Shown here piece after piece: positions 13,390 through 27,299 of a stretch of DNA of 64,000 nt; position 1 is the first letter of the stretch, and every line of letters starts with the position of its first letter. The notes beneath the pieces are model-generated. The model worked only from the letters and a program-made list of their open reading frames with translations. It did no database searches and was not told where the DNA came from. Source of the stretch: Dimorphilus gyrociliatus (lineage: Eukaryota > Animalia > Annelida); assembly GCA_904063045.1 (NCBI GenBank), contig CAJFCJ010000003.1:2838504-2902503 (forward strand), read 5' to 3'. Both the position numbers and the translations under genes were made by a program.

Positions 13390-15253
13390 TTTACTTTCTT
13401 AAGTCCAAGTAATTAGATTACACGAAAATATTCATTTATATCGTTTAACAATATGAATATAAAGTAAATTCTCATTCATTTAATAAAAAACTCAAAAAAG
13501 AGTATATTAATCAAAATTTAACACTTTTGCTGATATTCATAGTCGAAAGATTATAATATTCTGGCGTTAACGAAAAAGAAGGATTGCATTTTCAATATAT
13601 TCAATAATCTTATTATAATTTCTGCAACCCTTAGCAATTTTCTTATGCCTAGCCTATACACAACAGAGAATGTATACCTTAAATTTACAAATTAACAAAG
13701 TATTAGAATAGTAGAAAGAAAATCAATCATTTTCTTTTTCTTTCTAATACTCTTTTTTTTTTTCTCTCTCTATTTTTTTTTAAAGCAAAGCTTTCTCATA
13801 TTCGCTAATGACATGCTCTTTGTTTTTCTCAACAAATGTATTAGACGTATTTTATTCTTACGATATTATTTAGTTATTTTCTCTATCTATCCTTTTCAGT
13901 GACTGTTTCTAACCTTCTATTTATATTCTAGTAAATTTTTATTACGATGTTATATACTATTTTGTTTAGAATATCTGGGAATAAAATACAATTTTATTGA
14001 TAATTAAGGATATTACAACGCAGTAGCTATAAATTGGTAATTAATGTTATAATTCAGTATTAAATCTAGCAGACAAAAATAACAAACACAAATAAGAGCA
14101 GATTCTTTTAATAAGCTCTTTGCCATATTAAACATAAGCCTTAGAATAAAGAAAGTAATTTTACTACGTAGATAAGGCAAAATGGCATTCATTCCACTAA
14201 GCTAGTCATAGTATGTTCTTTCTATTATATTATTATAGGAGAACAGTGATTGCTTTTGTTTTAATACAGTAATGCCATCTATATTTTATTATTATCCAAA
14301 CTTATAATAGACGTTAAACTTTCTTTAAAAATGTCAAAAATGTTCAAATATTTAGAGCGCTATCAAACTTAGGTAATGAAACAATGGAAGGTATTTCTAA
14401 CATAATACGCAACTATGCGATTAGCTAATTTTACACTTTAGAAAAAATTCCTTGTCACGTGATCCTTTCAACTTAGGTTAAGGAAGCGAATTTCTTTCTA
14501 CATACACAGGTATTTACAACTATTTTAAATTTGAAAATGAGATATCCCAAGGCAAACGAATAAAGAAGAGTCATTAGTTAAATGGAAGGAATTTTGAATG
14601 AAAAATGTCATATAAAGATAAGAGATATCCATTGATCATGTACTATAATTTGAAGATATTTCTTATTAAATACGATCGAAAGATAGAAAAAAAATCTCAA
14701 AAAAAGAAAATAATGTAATTTACTTCCTTAGCGTTAAGAGTTACTGTATACAAAAATATGATATTATATATTTCAATATCAAGAGCGAATTTAATGAGTG
14801 TAACCTATCAAGTGTAGTAAATATGGGGAAAAAGAAGAAAAAGGAGGAGATGAGAGGATAAATGTGAATTAAAAAAGGCATTAAAGTGACTATCACAGAT
14901 ATTTATTGCTTCTATTTGAAGGTGCTGCTCTGGAGTCTAATGCATGTGGCTTTTCTCACGTTTACACATTACGACGTTTATACAATATAGAATAAATATA
15001 CACGGAAATGTCATTGTTTAATCTCAAGTTAACAAAAGTTTGGATTATCTCAAAGAATATGACGTAATAGCAGCGTTAAAGCAACAAAATAAGCACAAAA
15101 GCTGCAAGTTGATTAATTAAAATTTGTGTTTAATTAATGCCAAACGTAGATAAGCTTAATAACTTTATTTGTCACTTAGAAGGTAAGCACTTTTTAAACA
15201 ACAGTATTGAATAATAAGAAAGAAACGTTCTATCATAATTATTTGTTCTCCCC

Positions 15254-15262
15254 TAGATGGCG
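15254..15262 (+). promoter_or_regulatory. CTCF-like motif core (tcccCTAGATGGCGtta)
   Basis: Same 9-mer, in the divergent spacer between ITPR-like and the GPCR array. Confidence 0.45.
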
Positions 15263-15763
15263 TTAGTTGCAAGTGTTGTGCTGATGTTTTCGAATAGAGC
15301 TACGAGGTACACTGAGTTTATATAATCAAAACTAGCTGGTATATATTATATTTAAATAACCTATATCTAACATGTTGTATATTTAGCGGATGAGTTATAT
15401 TTCTATCACCCAACGCTATTGAGTTATATTGCTATATAGTATTTTTAAAAGCAGCAAAATTGAACAAATGCTAGTTTGTTTCGTGTATATTGAACAGAGA
15501 AAAAATACTCTTCACGGGTCAAAGTACAATACAAAAAGCGCAGAAAAAGTTGAATACGTTGGGAAAAAAATGGCTAAATTATATAGCTATACAAAATTCC
15601 CTACGTCAGATATAAACAGCATTTATAGAAAGATAGACGTAAGGGCTTGTTAGAGACCTTTTCATTCAAATTCTTAAAAGAATTTTCTTTTCTATAGATT
15701 TTATTTGTAAATGGCTATTTGATGGAAAAGAATTTAATATTTCTTATAGCTATCTATTTCCTT

Positions 15764-15819
15764 TATCTCTCTATCTCTCTATCTATCTATCTATCTTTCC
15801 CCTCTCTCTCTCTCTCTCT
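15764..15819. repeat. (TCTA)n/(CT)n compound microsatellite
   Basis: atctatctatctatct followed by ctctctctctctctctct. Confidence 0.85.
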
Positions 15820-16660
15820 ACCCCCATTTTCTATATAATATATATTTCCTTTCTATAAAAACAAGTTTTAATTCTTAAATACATATTATGCATTTTAATT
15901 TTCTTGGTGATAGGATAAACAATGAGTCATTACATTTTCTTTCTGTTGGCATTTCCCAATGTCTAGTCTGTTTATATTATTAAAGTATAGTGCACTTAAA
16001 TTCTTATAAAATAAACTTTTAATAAAAAATTCTTTAGGCTTGTAAAACTTACAAAAAAAAAATTTGTATAGTTTGTTAATAAATAGAGTGTCTATTAATA
16101 ATTTTAATTATATAATCTAATATAGTAAAAGGGTAGGACTAAAGCTCCTAAAAAATATCAGCTGACTAATACGCTTAAGTATGATTTCAAAGAATTATTG
16201 AATATCGGTGATTCGCCTATTTGAAGACGCCCAATAGAGTTGCTTTTATCAAGATTTGAATATTGTATAATAGTAGAAGGAGTTGAAGAATTTATCATTA
16301 AATAAACAAATTCGAAATATATGTTGTATATATGCAATATAACCTTTTTCCATATAGATAGCAATTATAGATTTCTGCATAAATATAGATAAATATTATC
16401 TAATTAATTGCTTATTTATTTATTTATATAACGCAAAATACCAAACTAAAGACAACGACTACTTGAAAGACATATAAAAAAATAAATTGTAGACTGAATG
16501 AACGAAGACTATAATGAATCATTCATTGCAGAATTGAACTATTTTTAAGCTCAAGGGGGGCTAGTTCACGTGCTCATAGGAATATTGAACAAGTTAATAT
16601 TATATCTTTGGAGCAGTTCTTTCAAACGATATATCGTGGCTAGTTTCCCACAAAAAGCCA

Positions 16661-19600
16661 ATGATATACTTGATTTTAAGTGTTTTGTGTGGGATAACAA
16701 TAAGTTTTTCTGGATTTTCTCCTGAAAAATGCGGACTTAGTTATTGTTTTAATGGAGGAATTTGTATACGTCAGGTTTGTTTCAATTCTTCTTTTATACT
16801 CGATTGTGCTCTGGCCTCTCGCCTGTTGGCTAAACTAGAGTACGTTTATATTTTTATGTAAACTGTATTGCAAAACTGCTGTTAAATCTACTAATTAATG
16901 ATATAAAATGAATAAAGTATTTAAATAACATATACTACTTATTTTGAATCCTTAATATCTTCTTTAATCTTATAGAATAACGAAAGTATTTGTCAATGTC
17001 CTCCGTCATCCAAAGGGAGATATTGTGAATTTCCCTTCGAGGAAATTCAAGAATGTGAGGCTGGCTGGAATCTTTTTGAGGATATTGGATTTGAAAGTTG
17101 CATAAGCTATAATTCATACCCGTTAACATTCTTTCAAGCAGTGACAGAATGCAAAAATCAAGGAGGATGGCTACTAGGAATAGATAAAAATGAAATATAT
17201 CTTGAAAACTTAAATCAAAGATTATCGTCAATACCTTATATAGAAAGTAAAACTTTTTGGATAAACTTTGAGCTGTCAAATAAATACATCTATAGAAAGA
17301 CAACATTCCCAACGTATTATGGGACTATTGGCGATAAATTTAACAATACCTTTGTACTTTCCTCATTTGATTTAAATAATATTTGTCCATATATCAGTGG
17401 CAAATTTATCACTGGAAAATATGAATCAAACCAATATTACACAGATAATTGCTATAATAAAAAACAGTACATCTGCCAAAAACCTTTAAAAATTGAATTA
17501 AAAGTTGATGTGAGTTCAAGACTATGTCAATATAATTGGACCTATTCACCAGATCTCAATAGATGCTTTTTACCTTTCGAAGTTAATTATAGTTATTCAA
17601 ATGGAGCTAGTTTGTGTTCACGTATGGGTGGCCACATTCCCATTTCCAATTCTGTTTACAACAGTAAGATCCTACATCGAGTGATACTTATTAAACAGAC
17701 TTCTGTTGGTTGTGGTCTAAATAGTCCTTGTAGAAATGGAGGAATATGCGAAATTAAAAACTATCGCAGACTTTGCAAATGTCCTTTAGGATTTTATGGG
17801 AAGTACTGCGAATTACTTCTTGAATACGATTCATGCTCTTCTAATCCATGTGGTAGTAACGGAGAATGTATAAGGCTTATAAAGGGTATTTCTCCAATCT
17901 ATATTTGTAAATGTGCAAGCGGCATATTCGGAGGCCCTTGTCCTAAACGTGCATGCCTAAATACATCTTTATGCAAACCAAATGGCATTTGCTTAGAACT
18001 TCCAGGAGGTACCTATCAATGTCAATGTCATGAAGGATACGGAGGAGTTGATTGCAGCATCACTTTCGGTACTGGTTTACCTCCTTTAAGCGAAGTATAC
18101 GGTAGTCTCCCTTCAAAATACTCTACAAAAAGTCCAATGGTTCCGCAGAAATCTTCTTTAACTTGTCCCGTATGCAGAACAACAAAACTTTGCAATTCAT
18201 CAATCAGATACGCGAATAATTGCGTAAGTATACAACAGTTTATAAAGGATATATAACTACTTTATTCCCTTGAATATAGGTTTCTTGTGTTAGCGAAATA
18301 AGTCTTAATGGATCAAAAGCTATCATAAATAAACTTAAATGCAGTCGGGAGAAATGTGAATATTATATTAATTGCATAGATTCGAAATGCGAAACAATTA
18401 AGATGTGTTGTTCGAGTCGAAGTTGTAATTTAATGATGAAATGTTCACCTAATACGTATAGTGGATTCTGTCGGAAACATTGCCATTGTAAAACATCTTG
18501 CGGTGATTTAACCGGTGAATGTGAAACGCCAGAATGTAAAAAGGATTTTTACGGACGCTCTTGTGACATATTACATAGAGAAATAAAATTTTGGCTATAT
18601 ACACCTCAACAAATGTCTAAAACGACAGAGAGATCTTATTCAACACCATGGATTAAAGATACAGAGAAACAATTAAAACTATGCTATAATTCAGACTTTA
18701 GAGGGAAGTGGGAACAGACTGAATGTCACAAGAAACTCTCAGTCGTTTGCGAAAAAAAACCCAACTATAGTTAGTTTACTTTTAATATTTAACTTGAATG
18801 TTTCCGTTTGATATAAAGTGTTTAATGCATTGAATTTTTTTGTAGATATTAATCCGGAAATTCAGATTAAAAGATACAGGAAACCGACAACAAGTGATTT
18901 TGGAATTGAATGCTCTTTTGAAGATTTATCACTAAAGGCTTCAGTCTTCTGGAAGAAAGATAATCAACTTTATCGATTTAGAAACAATGCGGATAGAATC
19001 GATGTTGAGGACATTATTACTCAATCAAAAAATTACGTAAGTTAACAATTTAAAAGGATATTAAAGTTGATACAGTATTAATAATTTATTCTATTTTCAC
19101 ATACGTAAAACATAAAAATACAGGATTCCCATTTTCGTTATTCTTCGCTAGAAGGATTTTACGTATGCATTGTAAACTATCAATATTTCGAAATATATTC
19201 AAGACCAATTCGGATCGAATTTGAAGACATCAAAATAACTTCAATCTTAAAGATAGAAAGAATTTTGGATCAATTCGAAGCTTTTAGCTTAGGAGAAAGA
19301 ATTACAGAAAAATTAAAATACCTCTTAAAGAATAATGAATATTTTCCATTTATAGATCAATCATTTAACATTAATATCGATCTAAAGAAATTTAGAGTTG
19401 ACCAATCAACAATAATCGAAAATGAGATTTACGTCAACTTTTTCGATGATGAATTTAATAAAAATTTAACATTTATTAAAGAAACATTAAAGTATGGATT
19501 TAATAAATTTATTGACAATATTTATTCATTTAATTTATTGGAAAATACTGATAAAGTTACGTTAATGAGATTGGCTGAAAGTGATGAATGTCAAGAAATC

Positions 19601-21802
19601 GTTATACAGAATTCAACTTTAGACTACAGTGCAAAATTCTCTGAAGCTAAAATTGGTACATTTTCAAAAACAACAGCTCAGTGTGCTGATGGAAGTCCAT
19701 TAGGAACTGCAATATGTTTAAAAATAGACTCAGAATATCCTACTTTTAAGAATATTAAATGGAAATCTAAAAGAGATTGTTACCCTGAACAGCTAAACAT
19801 TACACTGCAATTATCGAAGGTGTCTAAAATGTCGCAAAGTTTGACTAATCAATCGGATTCTGGACAAATTACTCATATGACTAAGACAATCATTAAAAAT
19901 CAGAATTTATCTTCAACTGATATTTCATATGTTGGTGAAATATTGGAAAATTTACAAACAACAAAAAGAGGTGTTGAAAAGCAATCTATAACTGATGTTG
20001 TTGAGATTGCTAATGAATTATTAAAAGCCCCTGCTGAACAGATTATGAAAGCTCAAATGACAACGAAATCGAGCTCAAAAGTAATTAAAGCTATTGAAAA
20101 AGTTTGTCATAATTGGAGGGGATCGACTAAAGCAAAAATATTTACGCCAAGAATTTCTGTTGAAGTTTGGCAAGGAAGACAAGTTCCTTTCAACAGTTTC
20201 CTCATTAAGAACATGACTGACGATCATCTATTACGAAATGAATCGTTTATTATGGATAATTTACCAGATTATCGTCTACTAAACGATACAGCGGCTGGAA
20301 TATTTTTTGAAAGCAGTTTAAACTTTTCAGATGAGATTCGAATAGTGACATCTGTATTCTCAAATACAAAACTATTTTGGAGAAATGCTACACAGATTCC
20401 CATTGGTAAAGTTATTAGTGCTTCTATAACAGACAAGAAATTAAGGAATTTAGATCCTCCTATATCAACTGTTTTTCAACCTGATAATAAGATAGATAAA
20501 TTACAAGAGGATAGGCTCAAATGTGTTTTTTGGGACGAGAAGGTTGAAAATTGGTCTGGTGATGGTTGCTATTTTGATCAAACAATAAACGGTAGAATAT
20601 TCTGTAAATGTGATCATTTTACCAATTTTGCTGTCCTTATGGACATTGAACGGAATGGTGCGTCTGATGATGAAGCACTTTCATATATATCTATTATTGG
20701 CATATCATTATCAATAGCTGGTTTGGGTTTTATTATTGTTTCTTTTATTGTTTTCAGGTAATAAAAACATGGCCACTTAATTAATTAACATACTAATTAA
20801 TTGCTGTTGCAGATCTTTTTCGAAGAATAAGCCTCAAATTTTAAGATTTAATTTATCATTATCGTTAATTGCTGTCAATATTATTTTCCTTGTTGGTATA
20901 AAAAGAACTGAAAACGACACTGCTTGTATAGCAATATCTGGACTTTTATATTATTTTCTTCTAACATCTTTCCTATGGATGTTGGCCGAAGGAGTCTTAG
21001 CTTTTATTAACTTTGTAAGAATATTTGATAATTATACACCAAATTTTCTCATAGTTGCAGCTATATGTTGTTGGCGTAAGTATTTATTTCTCATATTAAG
21101 TTCTTACTCTGCTAGATAGAGCATTAATTTTATTTCTTACCCTCTTCCTAAATAGTATTACCTGGCATTCCGATTACTGTTTTAGCAGTAATTGATAAAA
21201 GTCTATTTCTTGGGTTTGACGACTTGTAAGTATATTGCTTGGCTAACTGAATAATATTGAAAGAAATTTTACAACTAAATAGGTGTTGGTTAAGTGAAAC
21301 CCCATTTTATTACGGATTTGTTTTACCCGTTGGATTAATAATCCTAATTAATTTAATCTTTTTGACATTAACCTTGAAAAATCTATGCAAAAGACCAGAA
21401 GCTGCTAATGGAATAAACAAGAACAAATCTTCGAAGTACTACTTCTTATTAAGAGCCTTTCTTCTATTCTCTTTCATAATGGGGGTTACTTGGATATTTG
21501 GCTTCCTTGCAATAAAAGATGCTAAATTTACTTTCCAACTTATATTTTGCATTTTAAATGCGTTCCAAGGTTTCTTTCTATTTTTATTGTATATTCTAAT
21601 GGAGAGAAAAATACGTGAAAATTGGATGAAACTATGTGGCTGTTTACCAAGGACACAACTAAAAAAACCTAGCTTGAACCAAAAAACGAGCAAAACATCA
21701 ATAGATAATTTAATCATCAATGACAAAAAGTCAGAAGACGATAATGTGTCTGATTATATGGCTTTTGAGAAAGAGAATGAAATATCCGAAATATCAGGAT
21801 AG
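16661..21802 (+). CDS. Adhesion GPCR paralog 1 (SP-EGF-CTL-split CTL[3 EGF, LU-like, laminin-type EGF]-Ig-SEA-HormR-GAIN-7TM)
   Basis: Signal peptide MIYLILSVLCGITISFS; exon 2 from 16976 (NNESICQCPP); Ig motifs GIEC..VFWKKD..EGFYVC; GPS CVFWD...WSGDGC...CKCDHFTNFAVLM at about 20520-20645; family-B 7TM with WMLAEG and FCILNAFQGFF; stop 21800-21802. All exon phases join. Confidence 0.9.
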
Positions 21803-22122
21803 CATCTTTCACTATTTTCTTCCATGCACCGTACATTGTATTTTTTTTTTGTTTTTTTTTTGTACTTTTATGAACTTTATGAAGAAGAATTGAATAGTTT
21901 CTTCTTTTCATTATTTTTCAGCTATAAGAATTTTACTTGAACAGAAAATTAAAGACAATTAAGGAAAAATAACTAGAGGATAGAAATCATTATAAACTTA
22001 TTTTTTATAATCAGTTTCTTGTTGGTTTTTTATCTTTTCACTTTTAATTTTAGTCATTATTTTCTTCCTATGAGAGATTTTTTCTTTTCACTGTTAAAAA
22101 AACTATGAAATGAAGATATAAC

Positions 22123-22255
22123 AAAGAAGGAAAAAAGAGAAAGAAGAAAAGTAACAAGAGATGAAGAAGCATAAGACGGAGAAGAAGTAGAAGAAGAAGG
22201 AGAAGAAGAAGAAGACAAGAAGGAGACGAGGAAAACAAAGAAAAGACGTAGAGAA
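22123..22255. repeat. (GAA)n-rich purine tract between adhesion GPCR 1 and 2
   Basis: Imperfect gaagaagaag repeats. Confidence 0.8.
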
Positions 22256-22644
22256 TATTAAAAAAAAGTAATATATAGTTAGAAGATTAAGGCCTAAAAA
22301 ATTTTTATTCTTCGAAGTTTTTAGTTTTTCTTTTTTCCTTTGTTTGAACTATTTTTGGAAAGGAAACACTTTCTTACTGTTTTTCACAGCACATCGTATA
22401 ATGAGTATATTAATACACACTTATGTACTACACAGTTTATTTGCATATATTTTATTATTATTCTAAAAATATTATTTACATTTATATGTTGAAAAGATAA
22501 AAATAGACACATCTCGTAACATCACGTGATCAGCATTGAAAAAATGCTGAAACAAGAAGTAAATTTTGATAGAAAAAAATAAAAAATATCTTTATTTTTT
22601 TCATTTTCATAGTTTAATCGACGTCTACTTATAATTAAATAAGG

Positions 22645-25600
22645 ATGATTCTAACAAGATATCTGTACATATTTCTATTATTTTTAAGAGTTTATACTTC
22701 TGCTAAAAAGTTATCAACTTTAAAAGATTCATGTGACGATCGTAGTTGCTTGAATGGAGGCACATGCGTTATGACTAAGGTATGTAAGAAAAAAATATAA
22801 AAGATAGACAGCTTTTCTCAATATAAATAAATTAACAATAGACTAAGGAGAGAATATGTCAGTGTCCCCCGACATTTACTGGGAAATCTTGTGAAATTTT
22901 TGAGCAGACTTTCCCAACCTGTGAAACTTTTCAATATCCCATAACAAACTCAAACACAGGAAAGAAATACTGTCTTCTATTAGATCCAAGTATTGCTCTT
23001 GTAATTACTATATTATTCTATGATATCCAAAATGATTCATTTACAGATAATTGGATATTTGGTAATACCTTTGAAGATGCTAAAAGACGTTGTGAAAAGA
23101 CAGGCGGTTGGATGTTCAGTTTGAAAAATTATTTATCTTTCTCAAAAGATGTATCGACCATATTCGAAAATAAAGTAGCTATACCTTCAAACTTCGAGAT
23201 TTGGAACGGATTTGAAAAGATACAATCCTCGATATATTCTCTCTCTGAATATCCAATTTATTATGGAAAGATCAGTGACAACGATCAAACTCTAGCAAAT
23301 TACGATAATGTTAAAATTTGCTCAACATTAAATTCTCTTAGTAGTTCATTCACTCTTGCAGCAGGCTATTGTAAGGAAACTCTATCGTTTGTTTGTGAAA
23401 AGCCTCAAATGACAATAGATGACTTAGACTTGCATATAAATGTGACATTTTGTCCAAAGGGATGGTACTATTCTCACTGGTATAGAAAATGTTTTATGTA
23501 TTCACTCCAAACAGTTACTTTTAACGAGGCAGAGAGAAAATGTCATGAACAAGCATCAAATTTGACTCGTCCAACATCGAAAATATACAATCTGCTTCTT
23601 TATCATATATCGTTGATAGAAGAAACTAAGCGTAAATGCGCAACTATCAATAGTCAGTGCAAGTATGGTATAAGATGCAAATTTACATCAGAAAAAAATA
23701 TTTCCAAGTGTGAATGCTCTGCGAATCCTATATGTCTTGCCTCTAAGCCCAAGTTAGATAGACAGTTCTGTGGACCAACGGATAAGAATTGCACGGCCAA
23801 TGGTTGTCAAGACGGATGGTATGGCGAAAAATGCGATATTTTTTATGAGCCATCTAACATTTGGATTGGGATAAAAGCTAATGACGAAAGTTTGGATGCC
23901 GGTGGATTAACAAATCCTGAATCGTTCACAATTGAAACAAAGGGGCAAGGTCCTTGCTTAAGTACAAGTAGTAGCGGTACGTGGAAGGGAAATAGTTGCT
24001 CTGAAAATTTGACTTACATCTGTGAAATGGAACCGAAATATGGTAAATTGCTAAATTTCATTAATTGATGTCATAAACGTTCTTTTTCTATATTTCCAAA
24101 TACAAAGATCTAAAAGTAAAAATTAAGAAATCTTATATGAAAAGGAGAGATGACATGGGTCTTGAATGTGAAGTTCCCTTTGAAGGAAAGGAATTTCTTA
24201 AAGGGGTATACTGGAAGACTTTGCATGGCTATCATAGATTCGAACCGGATGAAACTAGAGTATCGATAAATCAAATGATTACAGAGATGACAGAAAGAAA
24301 TGAGGTAAATAATTTAAATTTTGTAATATATACAAACTTTGAATAATTATCTATGTTTCTTTTCTAATATTTGAATATTAAAGTTGGATATTGTCGATGA
24401 ACTTATTGTTGAAGGCCAATACACCTGCATAGCAAACTATGGACCATTCTCCATTCAGTCAGAACCAGTATCAGTTAGCTTCACATATTTAAATCTTGAA
24501 TTATATTTAAAGTTACCAAAGTTAGTTTTAAACAAGTTATCCCAACAACTAAGCAAGATTATTACGGCCAACCTGAATCGCTATTTCCAAAATACATCGT
24601 TATTTCAACTGGCATCGGATGTATTGACCATAGCAAAGCTAGAGGACACTTTCAATGGTAGTGTTATAATCTATAATACATTAAAAGTTTTCCAAAAATC
24701 AAGATCTTATATACTTACTGATGAATTTATATTATCGCAACTACGAAATCGTTTGAATGAAATGATTGATACAAACTCTCTTTTTAATAATGCGAATCAA
24801 ATTACTCCTGTCGAAATTCTAAGTTTTTCTTTTAAAGGCGAATGCGAAGAAGTCATTACTGAACATCCTGAAGGATTTAAAGTAAAATTCAATAGGGTAA
24901 AAGTAAATCATCAGTCTACAACAACACGCTTATGTTTAGATGGCAAACCAATAGGTACATGTAATTGTACGAAAGAAAACTATAAATATTCGTGTAAAGA
25001 GAATTTGGATTTCAGGAGAAAACAAGACTGTTATCCTACTTCAACAAATAATTCTGTTGAAACTGATACGTTACTGAAACTATCATTGATGAAAATAAGT
25101 AAAAGTAATATAGATGAATTACTTAATAAGTCAAAGGATATAGTTCAAAGGATTGACTTGAATAAACAAGATTACATATATACTTCTTTAATATTAGAAA
25201 ATATTGCACTTTCTCTAATTAAATTAAATCCTAAGCAGATTGTAAAGATCACGGAAATTGCTAACGAAGTGTTAAAAACTCCATTCAGAATAATTGATGA
25301 AGCTCAAAAGACGGCAAATTCAAGCTCAATAATGACTAATTCTATTGGATCTTTAGCGGAAAATGCTGAAATAGATAAACAGCAACTTAAAATTGTCACA
25401 CCTAGAATTTTAATGTTGATAGCTGATACTCAGAATAGTTCGTTCAATGTATTTTTTCATAATGGCTCATCAGCAGATAATCTTTTTCATAATGATTCAA
25501 TATCAATTGACAAAACAGATAAATCCTCATTTTTGAATAATTCTATCAGTGGAGTTTATTTCGATAGTGACCTATTTTCCAATTTAAGTCGTAGATTTTT

Positions 25601-27299
25601 TATGGCAATTTATGCTTCGTCAAAGTTTTTTCAAAATAATGATACGGTTTATCCCATTGGAAATGTTATAAAAGCGTCTCTTGCCAATGTAAAGATAATA
25701 AATCTTGATCCTCCAATAACAACAGTTTTCAAACCATACAGTAAATATGAAACTCCTAAAGAGGATCAATTGAAATGTGTATTTTGGGATAAGATAATTA
25801 GCGATTGGTCAACTGAAGGTTGTTTCTTCGAAACGATTAACAACGGAAGAATATTCTGTCAATGTAATCATTTTACACACTTCGCTGTGTTAACTAACAC
25901 CTATAAACATATAGATAGCCCCGTTTTCTTATCAATAATTACAAAAGTCGGATTGATTTTATCATCATGTGGACTTTTTTTCATTGTACTATCATTCGTA
26001 ATGTTCAAGTAAGTTTATTATATCATTTATCTTTATTTCTTTTAATTTATAAACAATTTTCAGTTTGAAATCTAAAACCCTACCAGAAATCTTTCGTTTT
26101 AATTTATCAATATCGTTAATAATCGTTAATCTATTATTCTTATTTGGTATAAATAAGACAGAGGACAATAATGTTTGTATAGCTATAACAGCCCTGCTGT
26201 ATTATTTCCTACTTGTCTCATTTGCTTGGATGCTTGCTGAGGGGATTTTAGCATTTATCCGCTTTGTTAAGGTATTTGAAAAGAAGTCAAGAAATTGGGC
26301 ATTGAAAGTTATATTTTGTTGCTGGTGTAAGTTAAAAATCTATCATCTTTTGTATTAATAAACATTGAAAATTTGTTTCTCTCTTTCAGTTATTCCTTCA
26401 ATTCCAATAATTTGCATTGGTGCTATAGATAAAGATACATTTAGAGGATACAAAGAAATGTAAGTATAATATATACAGTATTAAAATTATACAATTAACA
26501 TATAAAGAAAAAAGCGTCTATTTTTATTATTATTATTATTAGCTGTTGGTTGAATGGAAATTTATTATATTTCGGATTTTTATTACCAATTGGATTAATT
26601 TTACTCATAAATTGTGTTTTTTTCGTATTATCATTTCGAACTCTCTGTAAAAGACCGCAACAAGCTAATCAACAGAAGAAATTTTCAAAAGTATTCTTCT
26701 TGTTAAGATCATTTTTGTTCTTTACATTTTTAATGGGTTTAACTTGGATATTCGGATTTCTTGGACACAAAGACGCTAAGATGGCATTTCAAGTACTTTT
26801 TTGTTTAATGAATACATTTCAGGGTTTTTTTCTATTTTTATTATATGTATACATGGAAAAATCAGTTATGGATGGTTGGAGGAAATTAGCCTCCTCCTTG
26901 ATACCTCAAAAATTAAGAAAGGAAACATCAAGTGCAATTTCCAAAAGGAATATTATCAGAGAGAATACTTTGCCATCAGTTTCTAATGAGAATGAGATTT
27001 CAATGCACAACAATAAACATCAGACATCGAAAAGAGATAATAATTCTGATTCTTCACAGACTATAACGACTACTAAATGTTCAGAACCTATTGATGAGGA
27101 GGAAGGATATGAAGATTTAATTTTTGATAAATCTAGTCCACACAATAATCAAACCTATTATCCATTGCCTCGAAAAAGAAACAAAACTACAGATAAAGAT
27201 CAAGGCCCAACTGAAAATATATATTACGTGTATCCTGATATTCATGCAGATCAAAACGTTACTTACAAAGATGGACCAATTTATGATAATATTACATAA
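22645..27299 (+). CDS. Adhesion GPCR paralog 2 (shortest CTL insert, long Tyr-rich tail)
   Basis: ATG 22645, MILTRYLYIFLLFLRVYTS..CLNGGTCVMTK then gtatgt donor; CTL; split CTL; Ig; SEA with GSVII; GPS CQCNHFTHFAVLT at about 25860; WMLAEG; stop 27297-27299. Confidence 0.9.

Noticed and set aside
15429-16364. ORFs 15429-15653 (+) and 16158-16364 (-)
   Set aside because: Short, non-ATG or motif-free; cannot be supported as genes.
14454-22530. CACGTG E-boxes at 14456, 16567 and 22523, two of them about 100-120 nt upstream of GPCR start codons
   Set aside because: A rough estimate gives about 3 per window by chance, and copies also occur in coding DNA (about 7612 and 35555). There is no enrichment, and the box is absent before the other paralogs.
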